Of a stretch of DNA of 64,000 nt, positions 9,126 through 24,500 are shown in pieces; position 1 is the stretch's first letter, and each line of letters starts with the position of its first letter. Location: the NCBI GenBank assembly GCA_964057225.1, contig OZ059895.1:3596001-3660000 (forward strand). Reading direction: 5' to 3'. A model generated the notes under the pieces. That model did no database searches. It saw only the letters and a list, made by a program, of their open reading frames with translations, and was not told where the DNA came from. Both the position numbers and the translations under genes were made by a program. This DNA is from Auanema rhodensis (lineage: Eukaryota > Animalia > Nematoda).

Positions 9126-12100
9126 GCAGCACAGGTTACCCTTAATTAATGAACTGACCGACTAATCAGACATGGATCTTTCCAAGTTCTGTTGCTTGAA
9201 CGGATGTTTTCCTACGTAGGCTAGTAAAACATGCCCTTCAAAGCATCAGAACATGTGACCACATTCCAATTTTTTTGTATCTATCTTGTAAAGATAGTAA
9301 TATATCATATGTTGAACACTATGTTGGAAAGATTTTAATTCAGATTTTTTCAACTTTCACTCAGTTTGTTTTCTAAACTTTGATTAAGAACCTTGTTGTT
9401 TGTACACCCATAAAATATACGCAGCACAGGTTACCCTTAAATAATGAACTGACCGACTAATCAGACATGGATCTTTCCTAGTTCTGTTGCTTGAATGGAT
9501 GTTTTCCTACGTAGGCTTTTAAAACATGCCCTTCAAAGCATCAGAACATGTGATCACATTCCAATTTTTTTGTATCTATCTTGTAAAGATAGTAATAAAC
9601 TTTGATTTTTGTACACCCATAAATTATACGCAGCACAGGTTACCCTTAAATAATGAACTGACCGTCTAATCAGACATGGATCTTCCAAAGTTCTGTTGCT
9701 TGAATGGATGTTTTCCTACGTAGGCTAGTAAAACATGCCCTTCAAAGCATCAGAACATGTGATCACATTCCAATTTTTTTGTATCTATCTTGTAAAGATA
9801 GTAATAAACTTTGATTTTTGTACACCCATAAATTATACGCAGCACAGGTTACCCTTAAATAATGAACTGACCGACTAATCAGACATGGATCTTTCCAAGT
9901 TCTGTTGCTTGAACGGATGTTTTCCTACGTAGGCTAGTAAAACATGCCCTTCAAAGCATCAGAACATGTGACCACATTCCTATTTTTTTGTATCTATCTT
10001 GTAAAGATAGTAATATATCATATGTTGAACACTATGTTGGAAAGATTTTAATTCAGATTTTTTCAACTTTCACTCAGTTTGTTTTCTAAACTTTGATTAA
10101 GAACCTTGTTGTTTGTACACCCATAAAATATACGCAGCACAGGTTACCCTTAAATAATGAACTGACCGTCTAATCAGACATGGATCTTACCAAGTTCTGT
10201 TGCTTGAATGGATGTTTTCCTACGTAGGCTAGTAAAACATGCCCTTCAAAGCATCAGAACATGTGATCACATTCCAATTTTTTTGTATCTATCTTGTAAA
10301 GATAGTAATATATCATATGTTGAACACTATGTTGGAAAGATTTTAATTCAGATTTTCTAACTTTTATTCAGTTTGTTTTTTAAACTTTGATTAAGAACTT
10401 TGATTTTTGTACACCCATAAATTATACGCAGCACAGGTTACCCTTAAATAATGAACTGACCGACTAATCAGACATGGATCTTTCCTAGTTCTGTTGCTTG
10501 AATGGATGTTTTCCTACGTAGGCTAGTAAAACATGCCCTTCAAAGCATCAGAACATGTGATCACATTCCAATTTTTTTGTATCTATCTTGTAAAGATAGT
10601 AATATATCATATGTTGAACACTATGTTGGAAAGATTTTAATTCAGATTTTTTCAACTTTCACTCAGTTTGTTTTCTAAACTTTGATTAAGAACCTTGAGT
10701 TTTGTACACCCATAAATTATACGCAGCACAGGTTACCCTTAAATAATGAACTGACCGACTAATCAGACATGGATCTTCCCAAGTTCTGTTGCTTGAATGG
10801 ATGTTTTCCTACGTAGGCTAGTAAAACATGCCCTTCAAAGCATCAGAACATGTGATCACATTCCAATTTTTTTGTATCTATCTTGTAAAGATAGTAATAA
10901 ACTTTGATTTTTGTACACCCATAAATTATACGCAGCACAGGTTACCCTTAAATAATGAACTGACCGACTAATCAGACATGGATCTTTCCAAGTTCTGTTG
11001 CTTGAACGGATGTTTTCCTACGTAGGCTAGTAAAACATGCCCTTCAAAGCATCAGAACATGTGACCACATTCCAATTTTTTTGTATCTATCTTGTAAAGA
11101 TAGTAATATATCATATGTTGAACACTATGTTGGAAAGATTTTAATTCAGATTTTTTCAACTTTCACTCAGTTTGTTTTCTAAACTTTGATTAAGAACCTT
11201 GTTGTTTGTACACCCATAAAATATACGCAGCACAGGTTACCCTTAAATAATGAACTGACCGTCTAATCAGACATGGATCTTCCCAAGTTCTGTTGCTTGA
11301 ATGGATGTTTTCCTACGTAGGCTAGTAAAACATGCCCTTCAAAGCATCAGAACATGTGATCACATTCCAATTTTTTTGTATCTATCTTGTAAAGATAGTA
11401 ATAAACTTTGATTTTTGTACACCCATAAATTATACGCAGCACAGGTTACCCTTAAATAATGAACTGACCGACTAATCAGACACGGATCTTTCCTAGTTCT
11501 GTTGCTTGAATGGATGTTTTCCTACGTAGGCTAGTAAAACATGCCCTTCAAAGCATCAGAACATGTGATCACATTCCAATTTTTTTGTATCTATTTTGTA
11601 AAGATAGTAATATATCATATGTTGAACACTATGTTGGAAAGATTTTAATTCAGATTTTCTAACTTTTATTCAGTTTGTTTTTTAAACTTTGATTAAGAAC
11701 TTTGATTTTTGTACACCCATAAATTATACGCAGCACAGGTTACCCTTAAATAATGAACTGACCGACTAATCAGACATGGATCTTTCCTAGTTCTGTTGCT
11801 TGAATGGATGTTTTCCTACGTAGGCTAGTAAAACATGCCCTTCAAAACATCAGAACATGTGATCACATTCCAATTTTTTTGTATCTGTTTTGTAAAGATA
11901 GTAATAAACTTTGATTTTTGTACACCCATAAATTATACGCAGCACAGGTTACCCTTAAATAATGAACTGACCGACTAATCAGACATGGATCTTTCCTAGT
12001 TCTGTTGCTTGAATGGATGTTTTCCTACGTAGGCTAGTAAAACATGCCCTTCAAAGCATCAGAACATGTGATCACATTCCAATTTTTCTGTATCTATCTT

Positions 12101-15100
12101 GTAAAGATAGTAATATATCATATGTTGAACACTATGTTGGAAAGATTTTAATTCAGATTTTCTCAACTTTCACTCAGTTTGTTTTCTAAACTTTGATTAA
12201 GAACCTTGAGTTTTGTACACCCATAAATTATACGCAGCACAGGTTACCCTTAAATAATGAACTGACCGACTAATCAGACATGGATCTTTCCTAGTTCTGT
12301 TGCTTGAATGGATGTTTTCCTACGTAGGCTAGTAAAACATGCCCTTCAAAGCATCAGAACATGTGATCACATTCCAATTTTTTTGTATCTATCTTGTAAA
12401 GATAGTAATAAACTTTGATTTTTGTACACCCATAAATTATACGCAGCACAGGTTACCCTTAAATAATGAACTGACCGACTAATCAGACATGGATCTTTCC
12501 TAGTTCTGTTGCTTGAATGGATGTTTTCCTACGTAGGCTAGTAAAACATGCCCTTCAAAGCATCAGAACATGTGATCACATTCCAATTTTTCTGTATCTA
12601 TCTTGTAAAGATAGTAATATATCATATGTTGAACACTATGTTGGAAAGATTTTAATTCAGATTTTCTCAACTTTCACTCAGTTTGTTTTTTAAACTTTGA
12701 TTAAGAACTTTGATTTTTGTACACCCATAAATTATACGCAGCACAGGTTACCCTTAAATAATGAACTGACCGACTAATCAGACATGGATCTTTCCTAGTT
12801 CTGTTGCTTGAATGGATGTTTTCCTACGTAGGCTAGTAAAACATGCCCTTCAAAGCATCAGAACATGTGATCACATTCCAATTTTTTTGTATCTATCTTG
12901 TAAAGATAGTAATAAACTTTGATTTTTGTACACCCATAAATTATACGCAGCACAGGTTACCCTTAAATAATGAACTGACCGACTAATCAGACACGGATCT
13001 TTCCTAGTTCTGTTGCTTGAATGGATGTTTTCCTACGTAGGCTAGTAAAACATGCCCTTCAAAGCATCAGAACATGTGATCACATTCCAATTTTTTTGTA
13101 TCTATTTTGTAAAGATAGTAATATATCATATGTTGAACACTATGTTGGAAAGATTTTAATTCAGATTTTCTAACTTTTATTCAGTTTGTTTTTTAAACTT
13201 TGATTAAGAACTTTGATTTTTGTACACCCATAAATTATACGCAGCACAGGTTACCCTTAAATAATGAACTGACCGACTAATCAGACATGGATCTTTCCTA
13301 GTTCTGTTGCTTGAATGGATGTTTTCCTACGTAGGCTAGTAAAACATGCCCTTCAAAGCATCAGAACATGTGATCACATTCCAATTTTTTTGTATCTATC
13401 TTGTAAAGATAGTAATATATCATATGTTGAACACTATGTTGGAAAGATTTTAATTCAGATTTTTTCAACTTTCACTCAGTTTGTTTTCTAAACTTTGATT
13501 AAGAACCTTGAGTTTTGTACACCCATAAATTATACGCAGCACAGGTTACCCTTAAATAATGAACTGACCGACTAATCAGACATGGATCTTCCCAAGTTCT
13601 GTTGCTTGAATGGATGTTTTCCTACGTAGGCTAGTAAAACATGCCCTTCAAAGCATCAGAACATGTGATCACATTCCAATTTTTTTGTATCTATCTTGTA
13701 AAGATAGTAATAAACTTTGATTTTTGTACACCCATAAATTATACGCAGCACAGGTTACCCTTAAATAATGAACTGACCGACTAATCAGACATGGATCTTT
13801 CCAAGTTCTGTTGCTTGAACGGATGTTTTCCTACGTAGGCTAGTAAAACATGCCCTTCAAAGCATCAGAACATGTGACCACATTCCAATTTTTTTGTATC
13901 TATCTTGTAAAGATAGTAATATATCATATGTTGAACACTATGTTGGAAAGATTTTAATTCAGATTTTTTCAACTTTCACTCAGTTTGTTTTCTAAACTTT
14001 GATTAAGAACCTTGTTGTTTGTACACCCATAAAATATACGCAGCACAGGTTACCCTTAAATAATGAACTGACCGTCTAATCAGACATGGATCTTCCCAAG
14101 TTCTGTTGCTTGAATGGATGTTTTCCTACGTAGGCTAGTAAAACATGCCCTTCAAAGCATCAGAACATGTGATCACATTCCAATTTTTTTGTATCTATCT
14201 TGTAAAGATAGTAATAAACTTTGATTTTTGTACACCCATAAATTATACGCAGCACAGGTTACCCTTAAATAATGAACTGACCGACTAATCAGACACGGAT
14301 CTTTCCTAGTTCTGTTGCTTGAATGGATGTTTTCCTACGTAGGCTAGTAAAACATGCCCTTCAAAGCATCAGAACATGTGATCACATTCCAATTTTTTTG
14401 TATCTATTTTGTAAAGATAGTAATATATCATATGTTGAACACTATGTTGGAAAGATTTTAATTCAGATTTTCTAACTTTTATTCAGTTTGTTTTTTAAAC
14501 TTTGATTAAGAACTTTGATTTTTGTACACCCATAAATTATACGCAGCACAGGTTACCCTTAAATAATGAACTGACCGACTAATCAGACATGGATCTTTCC
14601 TAGTTCTGTTGCTTGAATGGATGTTTTCCTACGTAGGCTAGTAAAACATGCCCTTCAAAACATCAGAACATGTGATCACATTCCAATTTTTTTGTATCTG
14701 TTTTGTAAAGATAGTAATAAACTTTGATTTTTGTACACCCATAAATTATACGCAGCACAGGTTACCCTTAAATAATGAACTGACCGACTAATCAGACATG
14801 GATCTTTCCTAGTTCTGTTGCTTGAATGGATGTTTTCCTACGTAGGCTAGTAAAACATGCCCTTCAAAGCATCAGAACATGTGATCACATTCCAATTTTT
14901 CTGTATCTATCTTGTAAAGATAGTAATATATCATATGTTGAACACTATGTTGGAAAGATTTTAATTCAGATTTTCTCAACTTTCACTCAGTTTGTTTTCT
15001 AAACTTTGATTAAGAACCTTGAGTTTTGTACACCCATAAATTATACGCAGCACAGGTTACCCTTAAATAATGAACTGACCGACTAATCAGACATGGATCT

Positions 15101-18100
15101 TCCCAAGTTCTGTTGCTTGAATGGATGTTTTCCTACGTAGGCTAGTAAAACATGCCCTTCAAAGCATCAGAACATGTGATCACATTCCAATTTTTTTGTA
15201 TCTATCTTGTAAAGATAGTAATAAACTTTGATTTTTGTACACCCATAAATTATACGCAGCACAGGTTACCCTTAAATAATGAACTGACCGACTAATCAGA
15301 CATGGATCTTTCCAAGTTCTGTTGCTTGAACGGATGTTTTCCTACGTAGGCTAGTAAAACATGCCCTTCAAAGCATCAGAACATGTGACCACATTCCAAT
15401 TTTTTTGTATCTATCTTGTAAAGATAGTAATATATCATATGTTGAACACTATGTTGGAAAGATTTTAATTCAGATTTTTTCAACTTTCACTCAGTTTGTT
15501 TTCTAAACTTTGATTTAGAACCTTGTTGTTTGTACACCCATAAAATATAGGCAGCACAGGTTACCCTTAATTAATGAACTGACCGACTAATCAGACATGG
15601 ATCTTTCCAAGTTCTGTTGCTTGAACGGATGTTTTCCTACGTAGGCTAGTAAAACATGCCCTTCAAAGCATCAGAACATGTGACCACATTCCAATTTTTT
15701 TGTATCTATCTTGTAAAGATAGTAATATATCATATGTTGAACACTATGTTGGAAAGATTTTAATTCAGATTTTTTCAACTTTCACTCAGTTTGTTTTCTA
15801 AACTTTGATTAAGAACCTTGTTGTTTGTACACCCATAAAATATACGCAGCACAGGTTACCCTTAAATAATGAACTGACCGACTAATCAGACATGGATCTT
15901 TCCTAGTTCTGTTGCTTGAATGGATGTTTTCCTACGTAGGCTTTTAAAACATGCCCTTCAAAGCATCAGAACATGTGATCACATTCCAATTTTTTTGTAT
16001 CTATCTTGTAAAGATAGTAATAAACTTTGATTTTTGTACACCCATAAATTATACGCAGCACAGGTTACCCTTAAATAATGAACTGACCGTCTAATCAGAC
16101 ATGGATCTTCCAAAGTTCTGTTGCTTGAATGGATGTTTTCCTACGTAGGCTAGTAAAACATGCCCTTCAAAGCATCAGAACATGTGATCACATTCCAATT
16201 TTTTTGTATCTATCTTGTAAAGATAGTAATAAACTTTGATTTTTGTACACCCATAAATTATACGCAGCACAGGTTACCCTTAAATAATGAACTGACCGAC
16301 TAATCAGACATGGATCTTTCCAAGTTCTGTTGCTTGAACGGATGTTTTCCTACGTAGGCTAGTAAAACATGCCCTTCAAAGCATCAGAACATGTGACCAC
16401 ATTCCTATTTTTTTGTATCTATCTTGTAAAGATAGTAATATATCATATGTTGAACACTATGTTGGAAAGATTTTAATTCAGATTTTTTCAACTTTCACTC
16501 AGTTTGTTTTCTAAACTTTGATTAAGAACCTTGTTGTTTGTACACCCATAAAATATACGCAGCACAGGTTACCCTTAAATAATGAACTGACCGTCTAATC
16601 AGACATGGATCTTACCAAGTTCTGTTGCTTGAATGGATGTTTTCCTACGTAGGCTAGTAAAACATGCCCTTCAAAGCATCAGAACATGTGATCACATTCC
16701 AATTTTTTTGTATCTATCTTGTAAAGATAGTAATATATCATATGTTGAACACTATGTTGGAAAGATTTTAATTCAGATTTTCTAACTTTTATTCAGTTTG
16801 TTTTTTAAACTTTGATTAAGAACTTTGATTTTTGTACACCCATAAATTATACGCAGCACAGGTTACCCTTAAATAATGAACTGACCGACTAATCAGACAT
16901 GGATCTTTCCTAGTTCTGTTGCTTGAATGGATGTTTTCCTACGTAGGCTAGTAAAACATGCCCTTCAAAGCATCAGAACATGTGATCACATTCCAATTTT
17001 TTTGTATCTATCTTGTAAAGATAGTAATATATCATATGTTGAACACTATGTTGGAAAGATTTTAATTCAGATTTTTTCAACTTTCACTCAGTTTGTTTTC
17101 TAAACTTTGATTAAGAACCTTGAGTTTTGTACACCCATAAATTATACGCAGCACAGGTTACCCTTAAATAATGAACTGACCGACTAATCAGACATGGATC
17201 TTCCCAAGTTCTGTTGCTTGAATGGATGTTTTCCTACGTAGGCTAGTAAAACATGCCCTTCAAAGCATCAGAACATGTGATCACATTCCAATTTTTTTGT
17301 ATCTATCTTGTAAAGATAGTAATAAACTTTGATTTTTGTACACCCATAAATTATACGCAGCACAGGTTACCCTTAAATAATGAACTGACCGACTAATCAG
17401 ACATGGATCTTTCCAAGTTCTGTTGCTTGAACGGATGTTTTCCTACGTAGGCTAGTAAAACATGCCCTTCAAAGCATCAGAACATGTGACCACATTCCAA
17501 TTTTTTTGTATCTATCTTGTAAAGATAGTAATATATCATATGTTGAACACTATGTTGGAAAGATTTTAATTCAGATTTTTTCAACTTTCACTCAGTTTGT
17601 TTTCTAAACTTTGATTAAGAACCTTGTTGTTTGTACACCCATAAAATATACGCAGCACAGGTTACCCTTAAATAATGAACTGACCGTCTAATCAGACATG
17701 GATCTTCCCAAGTTCTGTTGCTTGAATGGATGTTTTCCTACGTAGGCTAGTAAAACATGCCCTTCAAAGCATCAGAACATGTGATCACATTCCAATTTTT
17801 TTGTATCTATCTTGTAAAGATAGTAATAAACTTTGATTTTTGTACACCCATAAATTATACGCAGCACAGGTTACCCTTAAATAATGAACTGACCGACTAA
17901 TCAGACACGGATCTTTCCTAGTTCTGTTGCTTGAATGGATGTTTTCCTACGTAGGCTAGTAAAACATGCCCTTCAAAGCATCAGAACATGTGATCACATT
18001 CCAATTTTTTTGTATCTATTTTGTAAAGATAGTAATATATCATATGTTGAACACTATGTTGGAAAGATTTTAATTCAGATTTTCTAACTTTTATTCAGTT

Positions 18101-18713
18101 TGTTTTTTAAACTTTGATTAAGAACTTTGATTTTTGTACACCCATAAATTATACGCAGCACAGGTTACCCTTAAATAATGAACTGACCGACTAATCAGAC
18201 ATGGATCTTTCCTAGTTCTGTTGCTTGAATGGATGTTTTCCTACGTAGGCTAGTAAAACATGCCCTTCAAAACATCAGAACATGTGATCACATTCCAATT
18301 TTTTTGTATCTGTTTTGTAAAGATAGTAATAAACTTTGATTTTTGTACACCCATAAATTATACGCAGCACAGGTTACCCTTAAATAATGAACTGACCGAC
18401 TAATCAGACATGGATCTTTCCTAGTTCTGTTGCTTGAATGGATGTTTTCCTACGTAGGCTAGTAAAACATGCCCTTCAAAGCATCAGAACATGTGATCAC
18501 ATTCCAATTTTTCTGTATCTATCTTGTAAAGATAGTAATATATCATATGTTGAACACTATGTTGGAAAGATTTTAATTCAGATTTTCTCAACTTTCACTC
18601 AGTTTGTTTTCTAAACTTTGATTAAGAACCTTGAGTTTTGTACACCCATAAATTATACGCAGCACAGGTTACCCTTAAATAATGAACTGACCGACTAATC
18701 AGACATGGATCTT
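9126..18713 (+). repeat. Dispersed ~3.16-kb duplication (9126-12288 vs 15551-18713, offset 6425)
   Basis: Rare markers ttaattaatg, ggctttt, ttccaaag, cctattt, ttaccaa and cacgg all recur at exactly +6425 (e.g. 9981/16406, 10189/16614, 11483/17908). Confidence 0.88.
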
Positions 18714-20672
18714 CCCAAGTTCTGTTGCTTGAATGGATGTTTTCCTACGTAGGCTAGTAAAACATGCCCTTCAAAGCATCAGAACATGTGATCACATTCC
18801 AATTTTTTTGTATCTATCTTGTAAAGATAGTAATAAACTTTGATTTTTGTACACCCATAAATTATACGCAGCACAGGTTACCCTTAAATAATGAACTGAC
18901 CGACTAATCAGACATGGATCTTTCCAAATTCTGTTGCTTGAACGGATGTTTTCCTACGTAGGCTAGTAAAACATGCCCTTCAAAGCATCAGAACATGTGA
19001 CCACATTCCAATTTTTTTGTATCTATCTTGTAAAGATAGTAATATATCATATGTTGAACACTATGTTGGAAAGATTTTAATTCAGATTTTTTCAACTTTC
19101 ACTCAGTTTGTTTTCTAAACTTTGATTTAGAACCTTGTTGTTTGTACACCCATAAAATATAGGCAGCACAGGTTACCCTTAAATAATGAACTGACCGTCT
19201 AATCAGACATGGATCTTCCCAAGTTCTGTTGCTTGAATGGATGTTTTCCTACGTAGGCTAGTAAAACATGCCCTTCAAAGCATCAGAACATGTGATCACA
19301 TTCCAATTTTTTTGTATCTATCTTGTAAAGATAGTAATAAACTTTGATTTTTGTACACCCATAAATTATACGCAGCACAGGTTACCCTTAAATAATGAAC
19401 TGACCGACTAATCAGACATGGATCTTTCCAAGTTCTGTTGCTTGAACGGATGTTTCCCTACGTAGGCTAGTAAAACATGCCCTTCAAAGCATCAGAACAT
19501 GTGATCACATTCCAATTTTTTTGTATCTATCTTGTAAAGATAGTAATATATCATATGTTGAACACTATGTTGGAAAGATTTTAATTCAGATTTTCGAACT
19601 TTTATTCAGTTTGTTTTTTAAACTTTGATTAAGAACTTTGATTTTTGTACACCCATAAATTATACGCAGCACAGGTTACCCTTAAATAATGAACTGACCG
19701 ACTAATCAGACACGGATCTTTCCTAGTTCTGTTGCTTGAATGGATGTTTTCCTACGTAGGCTAGTAAAACATGCCCTTCAAAGCATCAGAACATGTGATC
19801 ACATTCCAATTTTTTTGTATCTATTTTGTAAAGATAGTAATATATCATATGTTGAACACTATGTTGGAAAGATTTTAATTCAGATTTTCTAACTTTTATT
19901 CAGTTTGTTTTTTAAACTTTGATTAAGAACTTTGATTTTTGTACACCCATAAATTATACGCAGCACAGGTTACCCTTAAATAATGAACTGACCGACTAAT
20001 CAGACATGGATCTTTCCTAGTTCTGTTGCTTGAATGGATGTTTTCCTACGTAGGCTAGTAAAACATGCCCTTCAAAACATCAGAACATGTGATCACATTC
20101 CAATTTTTTTGTATCTGTTTTGTAAAGATAGTAATAAACTTTGATTTTTGTACACCCATAAATTATACGCAGCACAGGTTACCCTTAAATAATGAACTGA
20201 CCGACTAATCAGACATGGATCTTTCCTAGTTCTGTTGCTTGAATGGATGTTTTCCTACGTAGGCTAGTAAAACATGCCCTTCAAAGCATCAGAACATGTG
20301 ATCACATTCCAATTTTTCTGTATCTATCTTGTAAAGATAGTAATATATCATATGTTGAACACTATGTTGGAAAGATTTTAATTCAGATTTTCTCAACTTT
20401 CACTCAGTTTGTTTTCTAAACTTTGATTAAGAACCTTGAGTTTTGTACACCCATAAATTATACGCAGCACAGGTTACCCTTAAATAATGAACTGACCGAC
20501 TAATCAGACATGGATCTTCCCAAGTTCTGTTGCTTGAATGGATGTTTTCCTACGTAGGCTATTAAAACATGCCCTTCAAAGCATCAGAACATGTGATCAC
20601 ATTCCAATTTTTTTGTATCTATCTTGTAAAGATAGTAATAAACTTTGATTTTTGTACACCCATAAATTATAC

Positions 20673-21589
20673 GCAGCACAGGTTACCCTTAAATAATGAA
20701 CTGACCGACTAATCAGACATGGATCTTTCCAAGTTCTGTTGCTTGAACGGATGTTTTCCTACGTAGGCTAGTAAAACATGCCCTTCAAAGCATCAGAACA
20801 TGTGATCACATTCCAATTTTTTTGTATCTATCTTGTAAAGATAGTAATATATCATATGTTGAACACTATGTTGGAAAGATTTTAATTCAGATTTTCGAAC
20901 TTTTATACGCAGCACAGGTTACCCTTAATTAATGAACTGACCGACTAATCAGACATGGATCTTTCCAAGTTCTGTTGCTTGAATGGATGTTTTCCTACGT
21001 AGGCTAGTAAAACATGCCCTTCAAAGCATCAGAACATGTGATCACATTCCAATTTTTTTGTATCTATCTTGTAAAGATAGTAATATATCATATGTTGAAC
21101 ACTATGTTGGAAAGATTTTAATTCAGATTTTCGAACTTTTATACGCAGCACAGGTTACCCTTAATTAATGAACTGACCGACTAATCAGACATGGATCTTT
21201 CCAAGTTCTGTTGCTTGAATGGATGTTTTCCTACGTAGGCTAGTAAAACATGCCCTTCAAAGCATCAGAACATGTGATCACATTCCAATTTTTTTGTATC
21301 TATCTTGTAAAGATAGTAATAAACTTTGATTTTTGTACACCCATAAATTATACGCAGCACAGGTTACCCTTAAATAATGAACTGACCGACTAATCAGACA
21401 TGGATCTTTCCAAGTTCTGTTGCTTGAACGGATGTTTTCCTACGTAGGCTAGTAAAACATGCCCTTCAAAGCATCAGAACATGTGATCACATTCCAATTT
21501 TTTTGTATCTATCTTGTAAAGATAGTAATATATCATATGTTGAACACTATGTTGGAAAGATTTTAATTCAGATTTTCGAACTTTTATAC
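20673..21589 (+). repeat. Cluster of three 236-bp monomers (20673-20908, 20909-21144, 21354-21589) around one 209-bp monomer
   Basis: The same cgaacttttatacgcagc junction occurs at about 20905, 21141 and 21586. Confidence 0.93.
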
Positions 21590-24500
21590 GCAGCACAGGT
21601 TACCCTTAATTAATGAACTGACCGACTAATCAGACATGGATCTTTCCAAGTTCTGTTGCTTGAATGGATGTTTTCCTACGTAGACTAGTAAAACATGCCC
21701 TTCAAAGCATCAGAACATGTGATCACATTCCAATTTTTTTGTATCTATCTTGTAAAGATAGTAATATATCATATGTTGAACACTATGTTGGAAAGATTTT
21801 AATTCAGATTTTCTAACTTTTAATCAGTTTGTTTTTTAAACTTTGATTAAGAACTTTGATTTTTGTACACCCATAAATTATACGCAGCACAGGTTACCCT
21901 TAAATAATGAACTGACCGACTAATCAGACATGGTTCTTTCCTAGTTCTGTTGCTTGAATGGATGTTTTCCTACGTAGGCTAGTAAAACATGCCCTTCAAA
22001 GCATCAGAACATGTGATCACATTCCAATTTTTTCGTATCTATCTTGTAAAGATAGTAATAAACTTTGATTTTTGTACACCCATAAATTATACGCAGCACA
22101 GGTTACCCTTAAATAATGAACTGACCGACTAATCAGACATGGATCTTTCCAAGTTCTGTTGCATGAACGGATGTTTTCCTACGTAGGCTAGTAAAACATG
22201 CCCTTCAAAGCATCAGAACATGTGATCACATTCCAATTTTTTTGTATCTATCTTGTAAAGATAGTAATATATCATATGTTGAACACTATGTTGGAAAGAT
22301 TTTAATTCAGATTTTCGAACTTTTATTCAGTTTGTTTTTTAAACTTTGATTAAGAACTTTGATTTTTGTACACCCATAAATTATACGCAGCACAGGTTAC
22401 CCTTAATTAATGAACTGACCGACTAATCAGACATGGATCTTTCCAAGTTCTGTTGCTTGAACGGATGTTTTCCTACGTAGGCTAGTAAAACATGCCCTTC
22501 AAAGCATCAGAACATGTGACCACATTCCAATTTTTTTGTATCTATCTTGTAAAGATAGTAATATATCATATGTTGAACACTATGTTGGAAAGATTTTAAT
22601 TCAGATTTTTTCAACTTTCACTCAGTTTGTTTTCTAAACTTTGATTAAGAACCTTGTTGTTTGTACACCCATAAAATATACGCAGCACAGGTTACCCTTA
22701 AATAATGAACTGACCGACTAATCAGACATGGATCTTTCCTAGTTCTGTTGCTTGAATGGATGTTTTCCTACGTAGGCTTTTAAAACATGCCCTTCAAAGC
22801 ATCAGAACATGTGATCACATTCCAATTTTTTCGTATCTATCTTGTAAAGATAGTAATAAACTTTGATTTTTGTACACCCATAAATTATACGCAGCACAGG
22901 TTAGCCTTAAATAATGAACTGACCGACTAATCAGACATGGATCTTTCCTAGTTCTGTTGCTTGAATGGATGTTTTCCTACGTAGGCTTTTAAAACATGCC
23001 CTTCAAAGCATCAGAACATGTGATCACATTCCAATTTTTTCGTATCTATCTTGTAAAGATAGTAATAAACTTTGATTTTTGTACACCCATAAATTATACG
23101 CAGCACAGGTTACCCTTAAATAATGAACTGACCGACTAATCAGACATGGATCTTTCCAAGTTCTGTTGCTTGAACGGATGTTTTCCTACGTAGGCTAGTA
23201 AAACATGCCCTTCAAAGCATCAGAACATGTGATCACATTCCAATTTTTTTGTATCTATCTTGTAAAGATAGTAATATATCATATGTTGAACACTATGTTG
23301 GAAAGATTTTAATTCAGATTTTCGAACTTTTATTCAGTTTGTTTTTTAAACTTTGATTAAGAACTTTGATTTTTGTACACCCATAAATTATACGCAGCAC
23401 AGGTTACCCTTAATTAATGAACTGACCGACTAATCAGACATGGATCTTTCCAAGTTCTGTTGCTTGAACGGATGTTTTCCTACGTAGGCTAGTAAAACAT
23501 GCCCTTCAAAGCATCAGAACATGTGACCACATTCCAATTTTTTCGTATCTATCTTGTAAAGATAGTAATATATCATATGTTGAACACTATGTTGGAAAGA
23601 TTTTAATTCAGATTTTTTCAACTTTCACTCAGTTTGTTTTCTAAACTTTGATTAAGAACCTTGAGTTTTGTACACCCATAAATTATACGCAGCACAGGTT
23701 ACCCTTAAATAATGAACTGACCGACTAATCAGACATGGATCTTCCCAAGTTCTGTTGCTTGAATGGATGTTTTCCTACAGAGGCTAGTAAAACATGCCCT
23801 TCAAAGCATCAGAACATGTGATCACATTCCAATTTTTTTGTATCTATCTTGTAAAGATAGTAATAAACTTTGATTTTTGTACACCCATAAATTATACGCA
23901 GCACAGGTTACCCTTAAATAATGAACTGACCGACTAATCAGACATGGATCTTTCCAAGTTCTGTTGCTTGAACGGATGTTTTCCTACGTAGGCTAGTAAA
24001 ACATGCCCTTCAAAGCATCAGAACATGTGACCACATTCCAATTTTTTTGTATCTATCTTGTAAAGATAGTGATATATCATATGTTGAACACTATGTTCGA
24101 AAGATTTTAATTCAGATTTTTTCAACTTTCACTCAGTTTGTTTTCTAAACTTTGATTAAGAACCTTGTTGTTTGTACACCCATAAAATATACGCAGCACA
24201 GGTTACCCTTAAATAATGAACTGACCGACTAATCAGACATGGATCTTTCCTAGTTCTGTTGCTTCAATGGATGTTTTCCTACGTAGGCTAGTAAAACATG
24301 CCCTTCAAAGCATCAGAACATGTGATCACATTCCAATTTTTTTGTATCTATCTTGTAAAGATAGTAATATATCATATGTTGAACACTATGTTGGAAAGAT
24401 TTTAATTCAGATTTTCTAACTTTTAATCAGTTTGTTTTTTAAACTTTGATTAAGAACTTTGATTTTTGTACACCCATAAATTATACGCAGCACAGGTTAC

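Noticed and set aside
20983-21168. 61-aa ORF from the supplied track
   Set aside because: It is the frame present in every monomer and passes the length cutoff only because the cGaac allele and the 58-bp deletion remove stops. There is no recognisable domain, so it is not called as a CDS.
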